DNA of 64,000 nt from Amoebophrya sp. A120 (taxonomy: Eukaryota > Protista > Dinoflagellata), in the NCBI GenBank assembly GCA_905178155.1, contig CAJINV010000010.1, positions 2,810,587 through 2,874,586 of the forward strand, given 5' to 3'. The notes beneath the pieces were generated by a model. That model searched no databases. It was not told the origin of the DNA and saw only the letters and a list, made by a program, of their open reading frames with translations. The translations under genes and the position numbers were made by a program. Shown one piece after another: positions 38,144 through 49,957 of the stretch. How positions within the stretch are numbered: the stretch's first letter is position 1; each line of letters begins with the position of its first letter.

Positions 38144-41100
38144 TCACGAGCTAATCGCCCTATTGGCGGACAATTCTCTATTCAACGGAGGCACCATGGT
38201 CGACGCGCGGGTGAAATAGCACTGGTTATTCGGTCGGTTTTGTCGCTTGTATCTGGAAGCACCACTTGCTGAGGCGACTCCAGATGCCGCACTGGTCCCG
38301 CTCGGGAGTTGTAGCTCCGGAGGTTGTTCTTCGGAGTGGTAATTTCTTGGCGAGGCAAAATCACTCTCGTCAATTTCCATTTCAAACTCTGTGCCAGCCA
38401 GAGCACATGCATCTTCAATTTTGTCGCGGCTCGAAGAAGTCGTAGGTGGAGTGTTTCTCTTACGCAACAGCAATTGCTGCTCTACTGCGGCTGCGCCACC
38501 ACCGCTCTGCTGGCGCTGCATCCAATTTGTCGGCGACAGGCTTGGCACAACCATTTGCAGACCATTGCTCCCGTGGGTGTGCTGCTCGAATAAACCACCG
38601 CTATTGGTCATGCTGTTTGTGGTTGAGGTTGACCCCATAGCTACTTCACCAGACGCAGTTCCTCGAGATGCCCCGTGTTTTGGCGAAGATGCCCCCCCGG
38701 CGTTCATCTCTAGCTCCATTAATCTCCGACTCGACAAGCTGTTTCCGAACTTCTTGCAAATCTTCAAAAACACCCGATTGCGTTTGTTCTTGAAATAGAA
38801 CACGACGCACACCCCGATGATGGAAATCCCGAAGACGAAGATTAATGAAATCACCAAGCCAAACATCCCATCGGTATCTTCCAAACCGGACTTCAAATTC
38901 ATCCCGAAAATGCCGGAAATTAAAGCTCCAAAGCCAAAGACAATGGAGACAATGTCGAGCGAAACTTCCATCTTGAGCAGCTGGTTCCGTCTTGAATCTA
39001 TCCATTGCGAAAGCATCGCTGTCGTAAGTAATTGCAGTACTGATGTGCATAACAGATGTGCTTTGCGTACATGATTCTGCATGAGAAACTTTGTTTAGTT
39101 TTGCTTCTGGGAAAAGCTGCCATGCAATTACTACTAGCGCGATCAGTTTGCAATGCGTATCGTCCATCGAAGCCTCGAGAAATTGGTTCGTCTCCTGGAT
39201 GTTCAGCTGCAGGTCTTCTAATTGAACGCAGAGCTCGGAGATTTGGAGCAGGTAGTACCGACAGAGATCCTCGAGCTGGGTGAGGGGAGAGACGGCAGGT
39301 TGTTCTTGTGCAGCGGCTCCTGCTGGGTCGAGATGAAAATCGGGTTGAACGTTATTGCTCAGTGCGGGAATTACAAGCTGTGATGGCGGCGGCGGTATTA
39401 ACATGTGGCCGTGCCTTTTAAACACTGTAGTCGGGGTCGGCAGTGCTGACGTCGCAGCTCCAGCAATAACCGAATTCCTACTAGGCACGACGATTCCTCC
39501 TGGTGGCAACACGCCACCAGCCGCTCCAAACGACACTGACGAAGCGCTTTCTCGGCCGCCGACCGGAAAGTTTGTCGCACCGGTCGCAACTCCTTGGTGT
39601 AAATGCACCGTTCCACCGTGGCTGTGCAAATACGAAGATCCAGCACTGCCAGTACCACCTATGCCGACCACCACACTGTGGGCCGCGTGACTCTCCTCCA
39701 AGTAATATCCCACAGAAAAAAGCTGGCAGGGCATATTTGCAATGCAAAAATAAATACACAGAAAAATCTGTCATGGGCGACCTCGTAGCATGCTGTTTAG
39801 AATACGCAATACAGATTTTTTTGTGTATTTATTTTTGCATTACAAACGTGACCTGCCAGCTTTTCTCTGTGGGATAAGTAAAACAGCTGCGTTTTGATTT
39901 TCTGCAACCGGGTTCCAAAGTCCGCAACGGCGGATTTTACCGGGAATAGTCGCAAAATGCTGTCCTCATTCCCGCTCTGGATCACGTCGGCAAGACCGTT
40001 CGTCGTTTTCTCGCTAATTTCTTCCAATTTCGTTCGCTCGATTTTGACTGTGGCGCACAGAAGCGCTTCCACAACCAGTCGGAAGAATGGCGTGGAGTTC
40101 GACGTGCTGGAGTTCGGGGTAGGGAAACAGGATTGCTCGTCTTCGAATGCATTGCAACGGCCGGCGTAGCTATCATTTTGGTCGGCTGTCGCACCACTGG
40201 GAAGCAACACATCTTCGGTTCCGGCTGAAAAGGAGCACCCGTTCTTGTTGTTTGACATCGACAAAAGCAGTTGTAGTTCCCGGAAGAATTCCTGAAACAA
40301 TTCGTCCTGCACGCCGAGAAACAAAACCCGTTCTTTCTCCAGCACACACCTGGCAAACCCTGTGCTCACGCAGAGATATTGCTGGTTTTGGTTTTCATCG
40401 TTGCTGTACTGCAACAGAAAATTGTCATTCCCCGTCGCGTCCAGAAGAGATCTGAGATCTCGCCAAAACGCCTGCTGGTTCAAGTTTTGGCTAGCTCTCG
40501 ATGGGGGTAATTTTTGTTGCTGGGTCTTGTTCTGCGGTCGAGAAGAGGACGATGATGATGAAGTAGCGGTCCCTCTCGTCGACGTTTTTTGGATCTTCTG
40601 CTGATCCCGCAAGTGACTGTGCTCGTGCTGTGGTGGCGGCGGTGGCGGGTCTTTGGACGGGGGGAGCGGAAGGTCCGACAACAAATTTGGTGACGAAATT
40701 AGAAGGAAATGCGCGCTGCCGTGGGTTGTGTTGATGTTACAGTTTCCTTACCGACCATGCGCTATCCATCCAGCACGAGGTGGTGCCACTGCTCCTGTTT
40801 CATCTCTCTCTGCAATTGTCATGCTGCAAATCCTCATAGCCATAGGCCAATATCAATATGTAGTTGGAATGACTAGGAGAAGTGACCATGAATAGTAGGC
40901 TCCAACCTGTAAGTGTAACAACCTCCCGGCAAACGCAAATATCATGCCGTCATACTTCTCTAGCGGTGCTGATGCGACGACCGTCCGGTTCGGAGAGCTC
41001 CATATCGCCTTCAGCGTCTCCACTCGGATCTCCACCTGCTCCTGGCGAAGGACAAGCCACGTCGCTGGCCTCCCCCGCAAGGAGATCCCCACTCGCTGCC

Positions 41101-41633
41101 CCAACTTCCGAGACAGACAAGTTCGTTGCTTCGTCTTCCGTTGGTGAGCAGGAGGCGGTGGTGGTTGCGCAGGTCGGCGACGACGAAGATGTGCCAGCTG
41201 TGTTTCTCGTGTCGGACGACGACGAATCCCTGGTCACAACTGTAGTCGGATCTTCGCATCGTCCAGACGATGGAGTTGTCCAAATTTCGAAGATTTGCTT
41301 CAATGGTAGAAGCCCGAAATTTTCGACCTTTCCTGTGTAGTCCAGCGCGATGCTGGAAATCCGGATTCTCTCGTCATGTCCAACGCGGTCGTACAGGTCT
41401 TTCAGAAGATTTAAGGACGGGGCTCTAGTATTACTGTCAGCTGCTGTGCCCGAGATCACAAAGGCGGGTGAAGTAGTTCTTGGGACGGAGATGGAAATGT
41501 CTTGGCGAGGACGTCGTTGGCCTTGGCAAAGAGATTCTTCGTCTGCAAGAAACAACGTGGAGGCGGTCTGCTGCAGTCCTGCGCCTGGCGCTGGTGCTGC
41601 GCGGTCCAGCAGAGGTGAGCAGGAACGAGCCAT
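38144..41633 (-). CDS. MRS2: MRS2/CorA-family magnesium transporter
   Basis: LEDLCRYYL...MDxRRNQLLKMEV, two C-terminal TM helices with the GIFGMNL signature, N-terminal WRDLRSL. The 5' exons are approximate. Confidence 0.85.
38999..39159. mobile_element. Degenerate introner family A
   Basis: Decayed TIR (tat...gta); flanks gaatc/tcgtc; removal gives MDxRRN. Confidence 0.7.
39706..39876. mobile_element. Introner family I (long foldback)
   Basis: About 65-bp imperfect TIR; TSD agtaa. Confidence 0.9.
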
Positions 41634-41929
41634 CTTAACCTTCGCAAAAAAAAATTGTGAATCGCGAAGCAGGTGAAGATGATGATGAGCGTGGTCCTGA
41701 ACTGCAGCAAAAAAATTTGTGAAGGAGATGATGAGTGTGCTGCTATTCTATAGTTTGGATAAGTACTCACGCTGGCTGGCGCATTTGTCAACTCATCTCC
41801 TCTCGTCCCTCACCAACACAGACACAGCCGCGCTGTCGTTGTTTTCTTGTGCAAAATACTAATCTGAGAGGGCGCCCTGTTTTCCTTCTCCTACCACCGT
41901 GAACAACCACAGCAAAAGTGCTGTCTGAG

Positions 41930-43700
41930 GGAGCGCGGAGCCCCAGGTGCTGCGAGCGTGAGTCCGCTGGCACGCGCGTCTGATTCCTGGCCAACCTGCT
42001 CTCGGAACAATGAATGGTCGTCTCCCTTTTTCCCCCGCAGTCAAATAGATACTGTTACTGGTGACGCGGCGGCACAAACCAGCTAGCGCCTGCCCATCCA
42101 ACGTGAGCAGTAGGCGACGGCCGGGCGCGGGCCCCCGGCCAACTCTGAATACACAGCCCATCGCCCCAAACTAACACACGGGGACAAAAGCCACAATGAA
42201 GGGGCAGGCGCGCGGACGGAGAAGGCGACGCCGGCCAGGCACATCGCAGGCACGCAAGAAGCGCCCGGCGCCCGCGTGCGCGCAACAAAAAAGCCGCCCG
42301 GCCGCCCGCGAACCGCTCGGGCGCGCGCGCGGCTTCGCCATGTGTGAAGGGCAGCCGGCCGGCGGGCGGGCCCGGAAGACCCCCGGCGCGGGAAGGACCA
42401 AATCAGCCCCCCCCCCCCCGATGGATCCACCGGGCCGGGGGCATCCGAAGTAACTAACCGGCCGCCGCACCGGCGGGCCGGCGCCGGCTTCTGCGCAGGG
42501 GGCAAGCACCCCGGGCCCCGCCCTCCTTCGTTCGGGCGGGCCGGGGCAGCCAACCTGGTCCAGAACTCTGCCGCGGCCTTCCACCAGTGCCGCAGCACGA
42601 AGCTGGCGCCAGTATGTATCTTCGCGCGCGGCGGGCGCCCCAATGACGACAGGGGTGCTCGTCTCTCCCGTGCTCTTCTGGTCGCCTCGGCGCGGCCGCG
42701 TCGATAACCAACCCGACCGGGCGCCACGGTGAAGGGCGGGGCGCGCGTTATCCAATGCCTCCGCGTCGCGCGCTCAATCGGATGGGCGGCCTTTCGCCAT
42801 TGTAACGCAGGAAATCCGCGCACTGCGGCAAAACCCCCGCCCCCTTGCCGGCTTCCTTGCCAGCCCCTCCCGGCGCCCGGCGCCATTTGCGAGCGGGCGC
42901 CCGCCCGCGTAGTGAGTTGCGACGCCACCACGCCACGGCAGCAGCTGGATCTCTCTCGCCCCACTTCGTCAGCCCCAAAAGCTAGCTTGGCGGCCCGGCG
43001 GCTTTGAGCCCGGCGGGCGTGTGGGCACACCATCGGCCGGGGCAAAGACAGAGACGGAGGGACACGCGCCCAACGTCCATCACGCGCAGGCCCCCAGCGT
43101 CGCCCCTCTTCCTTGGCGCCCCAAGCTGATAGCGGGCAAACGGCGCGGCCTTCCGCTGGAGCCAGTCGATGTAGTTGGCGTGGTCGGGGGGGCAGAGACT
43201 TCCGAGGCACCTACGTTGATGCTAATTTCGAGGCAGGCCCGGCTCGAGCGAATGCATCACATGACGCATCGCAATGCATGGCAAACAAGACGGGACACGC
43301 AGAGCATGGCGACGGCTTGCGAACTGTCCCCGCATGATGCTCACGCGACGCAAAACCTGCCGCAAGATTGCGCGCCGAAAGCGGCTCGCCGGTTTTGGGA
43401 GACCTCACGGGCGCGCCCCGCTTGTGGTTCCTGGGCGCGCCCGCCATGCGGGCGGCCGGCGTTATCCCCCTCGGCATGCCTTTGACTTGCAGGAACAAGA
43501 GGGCGGCGACGCCAATGTAGCAGCTTTCGCAGCACCGCCGTGCTTGCGCGTGCTCCTACTCAAAAAAGACGGCGCTAGCCTCGGGTCCCTCAACAACGAA
43601 CCAACACGCGCCAGCGAGAATCAATATCAGAACACGAGTGCGCCATGGCGTGTCTAACGGGTGCGAAACCCGAAGGAAAAGGGCAGGGACGCGCAGAGCC
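41930..43700. other. GC-rich intergenic block
   Basis: Composition; limits approximate. Confidence 0.75.
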
Positions 43701-43932
43701 CATCTCTGTGGCTAGTGCTTATTTTAAAAACCGTTTATACACTTACTAACGCAAACTAAATATAATATAGAGCGGCCCAGCTCAAACATCATCTGAGGCC
43801 GACTTATTCTTTTTTCTTTGAGAATGCGAGCTGAGTCTCAGTGCTGGACGCAACAGCTCCTTCTAGTACTTCAATTTCAATAAAGCGAAAGAACTTGATT
43901 TTGACGCCCGGCCGTGCATCTGTCGAGAAGCA

Positions 43933-46264
43933 TCACAACTGCGACGGCCCTAAAACTTTCGGCATCGGGACGACGGAGTACGGCACTCTCACGGTGTCGG
44001 ACGAGTAGGTTTCCATCCGGTTAAACCCTCGACTGCTAAATCCTCCAAAACCTCCATAGTCCTCCGGTTTGTTCCCCAACATTGCTTCTACAGCAGCATC
44101 TTCCACCGCGGTCATGCCCTTTGCAACCGCGATTGCGCCAAGATTATCGATTATCTGAGAAAGTTGCATCTAATTTCAAGTAGAAGTAGTAGTGCCCATG
44201 CAATGATCTTTAGCAGTTTCCGCATTACAAACGAATGCGCCTGTGAGTATGTTGACACCACGCACAATCCTTGCATGTCGTTTCGACTGATGGCAACTTA
44301 AAGACGCAGACGACCTAGCTAGAAGATAACCAACACAAACCATTTACCTGCTGCTCGTTCGTCGCCCCCAGTAAAGTCGTTGTCGCGTTTCCATTCCGAA
44401 TGCTCCAGGCTAAGGCCAATTGCCCGACCGAGCAGCCCAACTCTTCTTCTGCGTACTTGGCTAACTTCTCCACCTTCTCCATCGTACCGTCCTTCACCCA
44501 GGTTTGCACTTTCTTCTCCACAAACTCGTACCCCGGAGTACTGGCTCGGGACCCCTTCGGGATGTTCCCCTTCAGGTACTTGCCGGTTAGGAGACCTGAC
44601 GCTAGCGGGGACCACGTCGTCGTTCCCATGTGGTACGGCGCGCGGAAGAGGGGGAAGTACTCCTTTTCAAACCTCTCGCGCTGGAACATGTTGTAGTGCG
44701 GTTGTTCGAAACAGGGAGGCTCGAGCCCGTACCTGGGATGGGATGAGATTTGGATTTTTTGCGTAATACGGAGTAAATCTAGTACAAGTACTTCAAAATC
44801 CTGAGTGTTGTGCTTTGTCGTGGATCAGGAACTGGATGAGCTTCTCACTCTAAGGTAAAGATAAAGTAAGTTGAAGCTTAAATTAATATTTACATTGCTT
44901 GACTTCCGGGTTCTGGTAACGCATACCCCCGGCGACAGGTGACCTTGACAGGTGACCATGACAGGTGACCTTGACAGGTGACCTTGACAGGTGACCTTGA
45001 CAGGTGACCTTGACAGGTGACCTGGACAGGTGACCTGGACAGGTGACCTGGACAGGTGGGCGCGACAGGTGTTGGCGACAGTCGAACGCCCTTGCCCCAC
45101 TAGCGTTGCGCGCACTAAGCGACCACGCGCGCGCCTGGTGTGAGGCAACCCGATGCCGAACTTCCTGCCCCCACTAGTGCCTCGTGCACTAAGCCACTAT
45201 GCGCGCGCCTGGTGTGAGGCGAGGGGCGGACGCTGTCCGCCCCGATGCCGAACACCCTTCCCCCACTAGTGCTTCGCGCACTAAGCCACTATGCGCGCGC
45301 CTGGTGTGAGGCGAGGGGCGGACGCTGTCCGCCCCGATGCCGAACACCCTTCCCCCACTAGCGCCACTAGGGATGGGCACAAGGCCCCAGCGTGGGGACC
45401 CTGTCCCCACGCGTGGACCTTGTTTGTAATGCTGATTTACCTTGAGAAGGAGATTTGTAATGCATAAATGCAATTACTTTATAAGTACATTTTCGCAATC
45501 CAGTAGGCCTCCGTGTACTGTTGCGCGCTCCACTCGCTCGTTCCCCAGTAGTGCGCCTGGCTATCCTGTGCAAAAGTATCGTACTCGTACTGATTGCAAA
45601 TATGCATGACAAAAGTTTTTCCTAACGGAAAACCGCATTACAAATTCCTCCAGCACCTCCCTTCTTGCCAAAATTTGTGATGCAATTCATACTATTACGA
45701 TGCTTTAGCTTTTCTTTGCAATGCATATTGCCCACTTCGCACCAAATCTGTCATGCTCCTCACCACCGTTTCCGTCGGGGTCAAGTGGTCTGGTCGGTGG
45801 CAGAACACCATGTCGACGTAGTCGATTTGTAACCTTTTCAACGACGCTGCTAGCCCCTCGCGCAGATGTTTCCGGCTCAACCCCCGCTGGTTTGGCCCCG
45901 GGCCGCCCCAGAAGATCTTCGTGGTGATGATTAAGTCGTGCCTCTTCCAGCTGTCCGGATCCTCCTCCTGCAGCTCCTTCAAAGCCTGGCCGAACACCAG
46001 CTCCGCCGCGCCCTGGGGGTTTCCATACGTTTCCGCGTGGTCGAACAGGTTGATGCCGGCCTTGCGGCAGATTTTGCAAATCGACTTCGCCATGTCAATC
46101 CCCTGCCGGTCTTTCAAGTCGGGTTTCACGCCGTACGTCGCCCAGAAACCGAAGCTGAGGACGGACACCTGGAGACCGGTGTTGCCCATCATGCGCATCG
46201 GCATGGAGGACGGATCCACTGGGGTGGAGAGCAGTTGCGCAATGCGAGATTTGACGGCGCTCAT
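43933..46264 (-). CDS. Aldo-keto reductase of the voltage-gated K+ channel beta-subunit (AKR6) type
   Basis: MGNTGLQVSVLSFG, GINLFDHAETYG, IITTKIFWGG, GLSRKH, LQIDYVDMVFCHRPD, YWGTSEWSAQQ, EQPHYNMF, WSPLASGLLTGKY. Confidence 0.93.
44934..45076. repeat. 13-bp minisatellite (gacaggtgacctK) x11
   Basis: Units read directly; the last two are degenerate; lies in the intron at 44733-45488. Confidence 0.95.
45096..45361. repeat. 92-bp tandem duplication plus a shorter degenerate copy
   Basis: Units begin at 45186 and 45278; each contains the hairpin ggggcggac-gct-gtccgcccc. Confidence 0.9.
45562..45727. mobile_element. Introner family A
   Basis: TSD ctggc/ttgcc; VRSGQ|AHYWGTSEW restored. Confidence 0.85.
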
Positions 46265-46949
46265 TCTGTGATGGGGTTTGCAGGTAACGCTCAATCTCAA
46301 GCACTCTATCTTGGGTCTCGTGGCAACAAATAATACAAGGGTCCTCTAAGTCTGCCTCCTATTCTTGACACACAGCGAGATCTCGGCATGGGTTTTTCAG
46401 ATCGGCAGGGATGATATGCATATGCCTGTGAGTTTAAACATCGTGGCATTGTATCCATCCGCGCTTTGATTTGACATGAGGCCGCAACCAACTACAAATG
46501 CCACGACGACTGCTCAAGCCCAACGAGACACAAAAATGCTATGACACGTTCCAGCGCTGGCGCCGCGGGGGAACACTTACGAATTGCGCGGTTTATATGC
46601 ACGCGCCAGCCCCCCCCTTCAGCTCAAGGTCTCACACAAGAGTACTTCTAGGCCCGAGCGATTCACGGCAATCGGGCCAGTAGTCTTACCATTGTGCGGC
46701 TGAGTGTGTGAGATGATTCCGACCAAGCCACTTCTGCTTCTGCTTAGAGACACAGCCAATCCCTAACCCTTGCTATGGGGTCGTCAACGTTGTATTTGCC
46801 TCAGACCGTAAAAAAAATTCTGCGCGCATTTTTTCGCGGCGCAAAGCTAGTAAACCTGTGCACGCTAGTGAGGGGCTGACTTGAACGCGGTTGGTTTTAG
46901 CTAGCTTGTCAGCAGCAGTGCTCTAGTAGGTAAGTGAGTATTGACGCGA

Positions 46950-49400
46950 AGGGGGGTGGGGCGCTGGGGGTTCTTCTGTGGCTGATGTTTTCACCTAGAA
47001 AACGCCGGGCGCGCGCAATATTTTGCTCCGCTTCCCCGATTGCTCTCTCCGTGCAGGTATTTGCCGCTATGGCCTGGATCAGCGTGTGAGGCTGGCGCCC
47101 CGAGAGATGTCTACACAGGCCCTGGCCTCGTCGTCTCTAGCGGGCACCACGCATATATGTTGGCCGCGAAGGCCTTTCCGGAGCCCTTCCAAAAAGGGGG
47201 GGCCGGAGGGGTGCCCGGAACCCTAAAAAAAAGCCTATTGATTTTTCTTCGAATCACGATGGTGCTACCCCTCCCCAAAAGGGGTCCCGGAACCCCTCTG
47301 GGAACCCTTCCCGAAAGGCTCTCGGGCTTTTCGCATTTTGACGAAAAAGCCGCAAAGGCAAAAAGCGCGCGCGCCTGCCGGTACACGCGCGCACAGTTGC
47401 GCCAACTTAGAAACAAGGGAAGGCGCAGCCGCGGCCGGTTCCGTTTGCGCCCTCGACTCCGACCGACTTGCACAGATTGAGGCCCATTGTCTAGCGGCTG
47501 GACTGCAAGAGGACCTGCTGCAGCACCTCCAAGCTGCAGGGGCACTCCGAGGCAACTCCGTGGAGCAGCAGCGCCGGATAGCTCCGTCTTTAGCCACTGA
47601 GAAGGGCTGCGAAGAAGCTAACTAGGTCATTAGGTGTGCAACACAGTGGGGGGCTATACGTGTGCAACATGATGGATATCAAATACAAAAAAAGGCGCGC
47701 GGAAAATTTTTTACAGCTTGAGGCAAATACAAGTTTGACGACGCCATACTTGCGCCATTGTTGACACTACACTGGGCACATTTTGCAGCGCGCGTCAAAG
47801 GCAGTGCTTGCGCAAACGCCGCACGGCGCGTGCCCGCGGCCGGCGCCCGCGGCCCGGCATGCAAACAAATACGACGGGGGAGGGCCGCGCGGGCGGGCGC
47901 GCGCGGCGGGGCCGGCGGCTCGCAAATTAATCTAGCCCGCCGGCGGGCCGGCCGGCCCAGGGGCGGAAATGCCGGGCGCTACGGCGCGCGCCCAATGAAA
48001 TCGCTGCCACAAAACACAAGGCGGGGCGGAGTCCACGCGCAGCCCGCCCGCCGCCTGGCCAGCCGGAACACCCCCCGGGCCTGTCATTCCGCGGGGCGAG
48101 GCCGGGCAAGAACGCGAAGGAACGCGCGCCGCCCGGCCCGAGAGCGGGGGCATTTGGCGCAGTCAGGCCATTCTTGACCAAGAGCATCCATCGCCGGAGC
48201 GAGACAGCGGCGGACGCGGTCGGGCGCCTCTGGGTTGTTCTTCGGGGGTGCGTAAGGCGGTAAACCGCGCCACGCTATTGCCGCGCCGCTAGGGCCCACC
48301 GTTTTCGTTTTTCCCAAAACGGCGGGCGCGGGGGGGCAGCGGCCCTAGCAAGCTTGGCACCCGCCGACCTTACGTTACTACCGGGGAACCCGGCCAATGC
48401 CCGGCGGGCGGCCCTGCAGCTTGCATGCTGCGCGGGGTGGCCGGCGCTCGCTCGCATGCCCGCCCGGGGTGGGGGGGTGTGGGCGCGCTCGCAAAACAGC
48501 CGGCCTACCCTGCCTCGCCCAACCGGGCCGCCCGAGCGAAGAAAGCCGCCGCACGACGGACGGTCGGACGATGAACGCCCGGCCCACTACGCCTTCCGAA
48601 TTTCGCCCGGGCCCAACCGCCCCCGCCCGCCTTGGCGGCGCGCGGGACCCTCTCACTCCCGGCGAGCCAGCAAACCACCCAACCAACCAGGCCGGCAGAA
48701 CACGGCGGCAATGCAGGGCATCAGGGCGGACGGGGCCGCCCGACACAAAGGCCAAGAGCGCGCGCCGCGTTCTGCTCGTCTGAAATCGACGCGAACCGTC
48801 CCACCATATGGACAGCTATCCGCAGCGTTTGTTCCGCGGTGCCGTTTTTGAAGTCCGCGGCGCTGCGGCTGCGGGCTGCGAACGAGCGGCCCGAGGCGGA
48901 GCGCCAGCCCCCTCATGCGCGACCGACGCCCGCCAAATAGGTCGCGAAAAAAGCCCAGGACTGAGGCTGCAACTTGCAAGCGAATTCAAAAGCGCAACCC
49001 TCCGCGCCGCTCGGGATGAAATAGCAACCACCTGGGGCGCAGGCAATGAGCTCGCTCTCGTGTTTTGCGTCGGTTCTTCTCGGATGCCTTGCGCAGATCG
49101 CTGGCCAGCGTCCAGACCTCGGAACGCTGCACCTCAGGCACACACGCCGCCGCGGCACATCCGCAGCGCCCGGCTTCAGGCACATCCTGCCACAGCCGGA
49201 AACACACACACGCCGCCAACCAGGCGAACGCAACGACCGGCGAACGCAACGACGCATCGCCCGGGCATCTAAAACAGGAAGCGCGCGGAAACTATACGCC
49301 CTTCTCTCCTTTCGCATCGACCGTCGAAACGTGCGCGCATGCACCAGACGGAAGCCGAACACACAGCACCGCGCAACGTGCTGCAGAAGACGAGTCACGC
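46950..49400. other. GC-rich intergenic block
   Basis: Composition; limits approximate. Confidence 0.75.
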
Positions 49401-49957
49401 CCTCACTCAGTCATCATGGCGCGCGATACAACCAAACAGAGGTACGACTGCTTGGCCTCTGTTTTGGGCTCCTTTACCAAGATTTGGCGTAGTCTGGTTC
49501 TTTTCTTTATCAGCGAAGGTACAGGTCGTGGGAGCGGGGCCACGGGAAGCAATTGCTGAGGTTCGCGCTATGATAACCCTGTTTTCAGTCTGTCCTCATA
49601 GTCGTCGCATCCCTATCTAGTGTTGCATTCAGTCAAATTAATAAGGCGAGTTGCAGCCAGGCAGCTCATTCTCATTCACCCTGTAGCCACAATGAGGAAG
49701 AGGAACTGTGAGCAGCTATAGGTAGCTCGTCAAGAAGATGAAAGTAATCACAATCCACCAGAGACAGAGTGGGGGTTTTAGTATAGCTTTAGCACGAACA
49801 GGACAAAAACTTCCACATGATGTTGCTTCAACTAACACCCTCCATCTCCCCACAGACGCGCTTGAAAAATGTTTTTCCGAATCGCGTGCGCAGGCAAAAA
49901 AACCAACCTCCACCACTGAAGGTTCACTCCGCATCCAGAAACGCCTGCTCACCGCAA

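Noticed and set aside
44934-45076. CRISPR-like array
   Set aside because: Head-to-tail 13-bp units with no unique spacers, inside a eukaryotic intron, with no cas genes.
32450-46264. Interrupted EXO1, MRS2 and AKR genes as pseudogenes
   Set aside because: Family motifs are intact, and the interruptions I examined resolve as introners or GT-AG introns.
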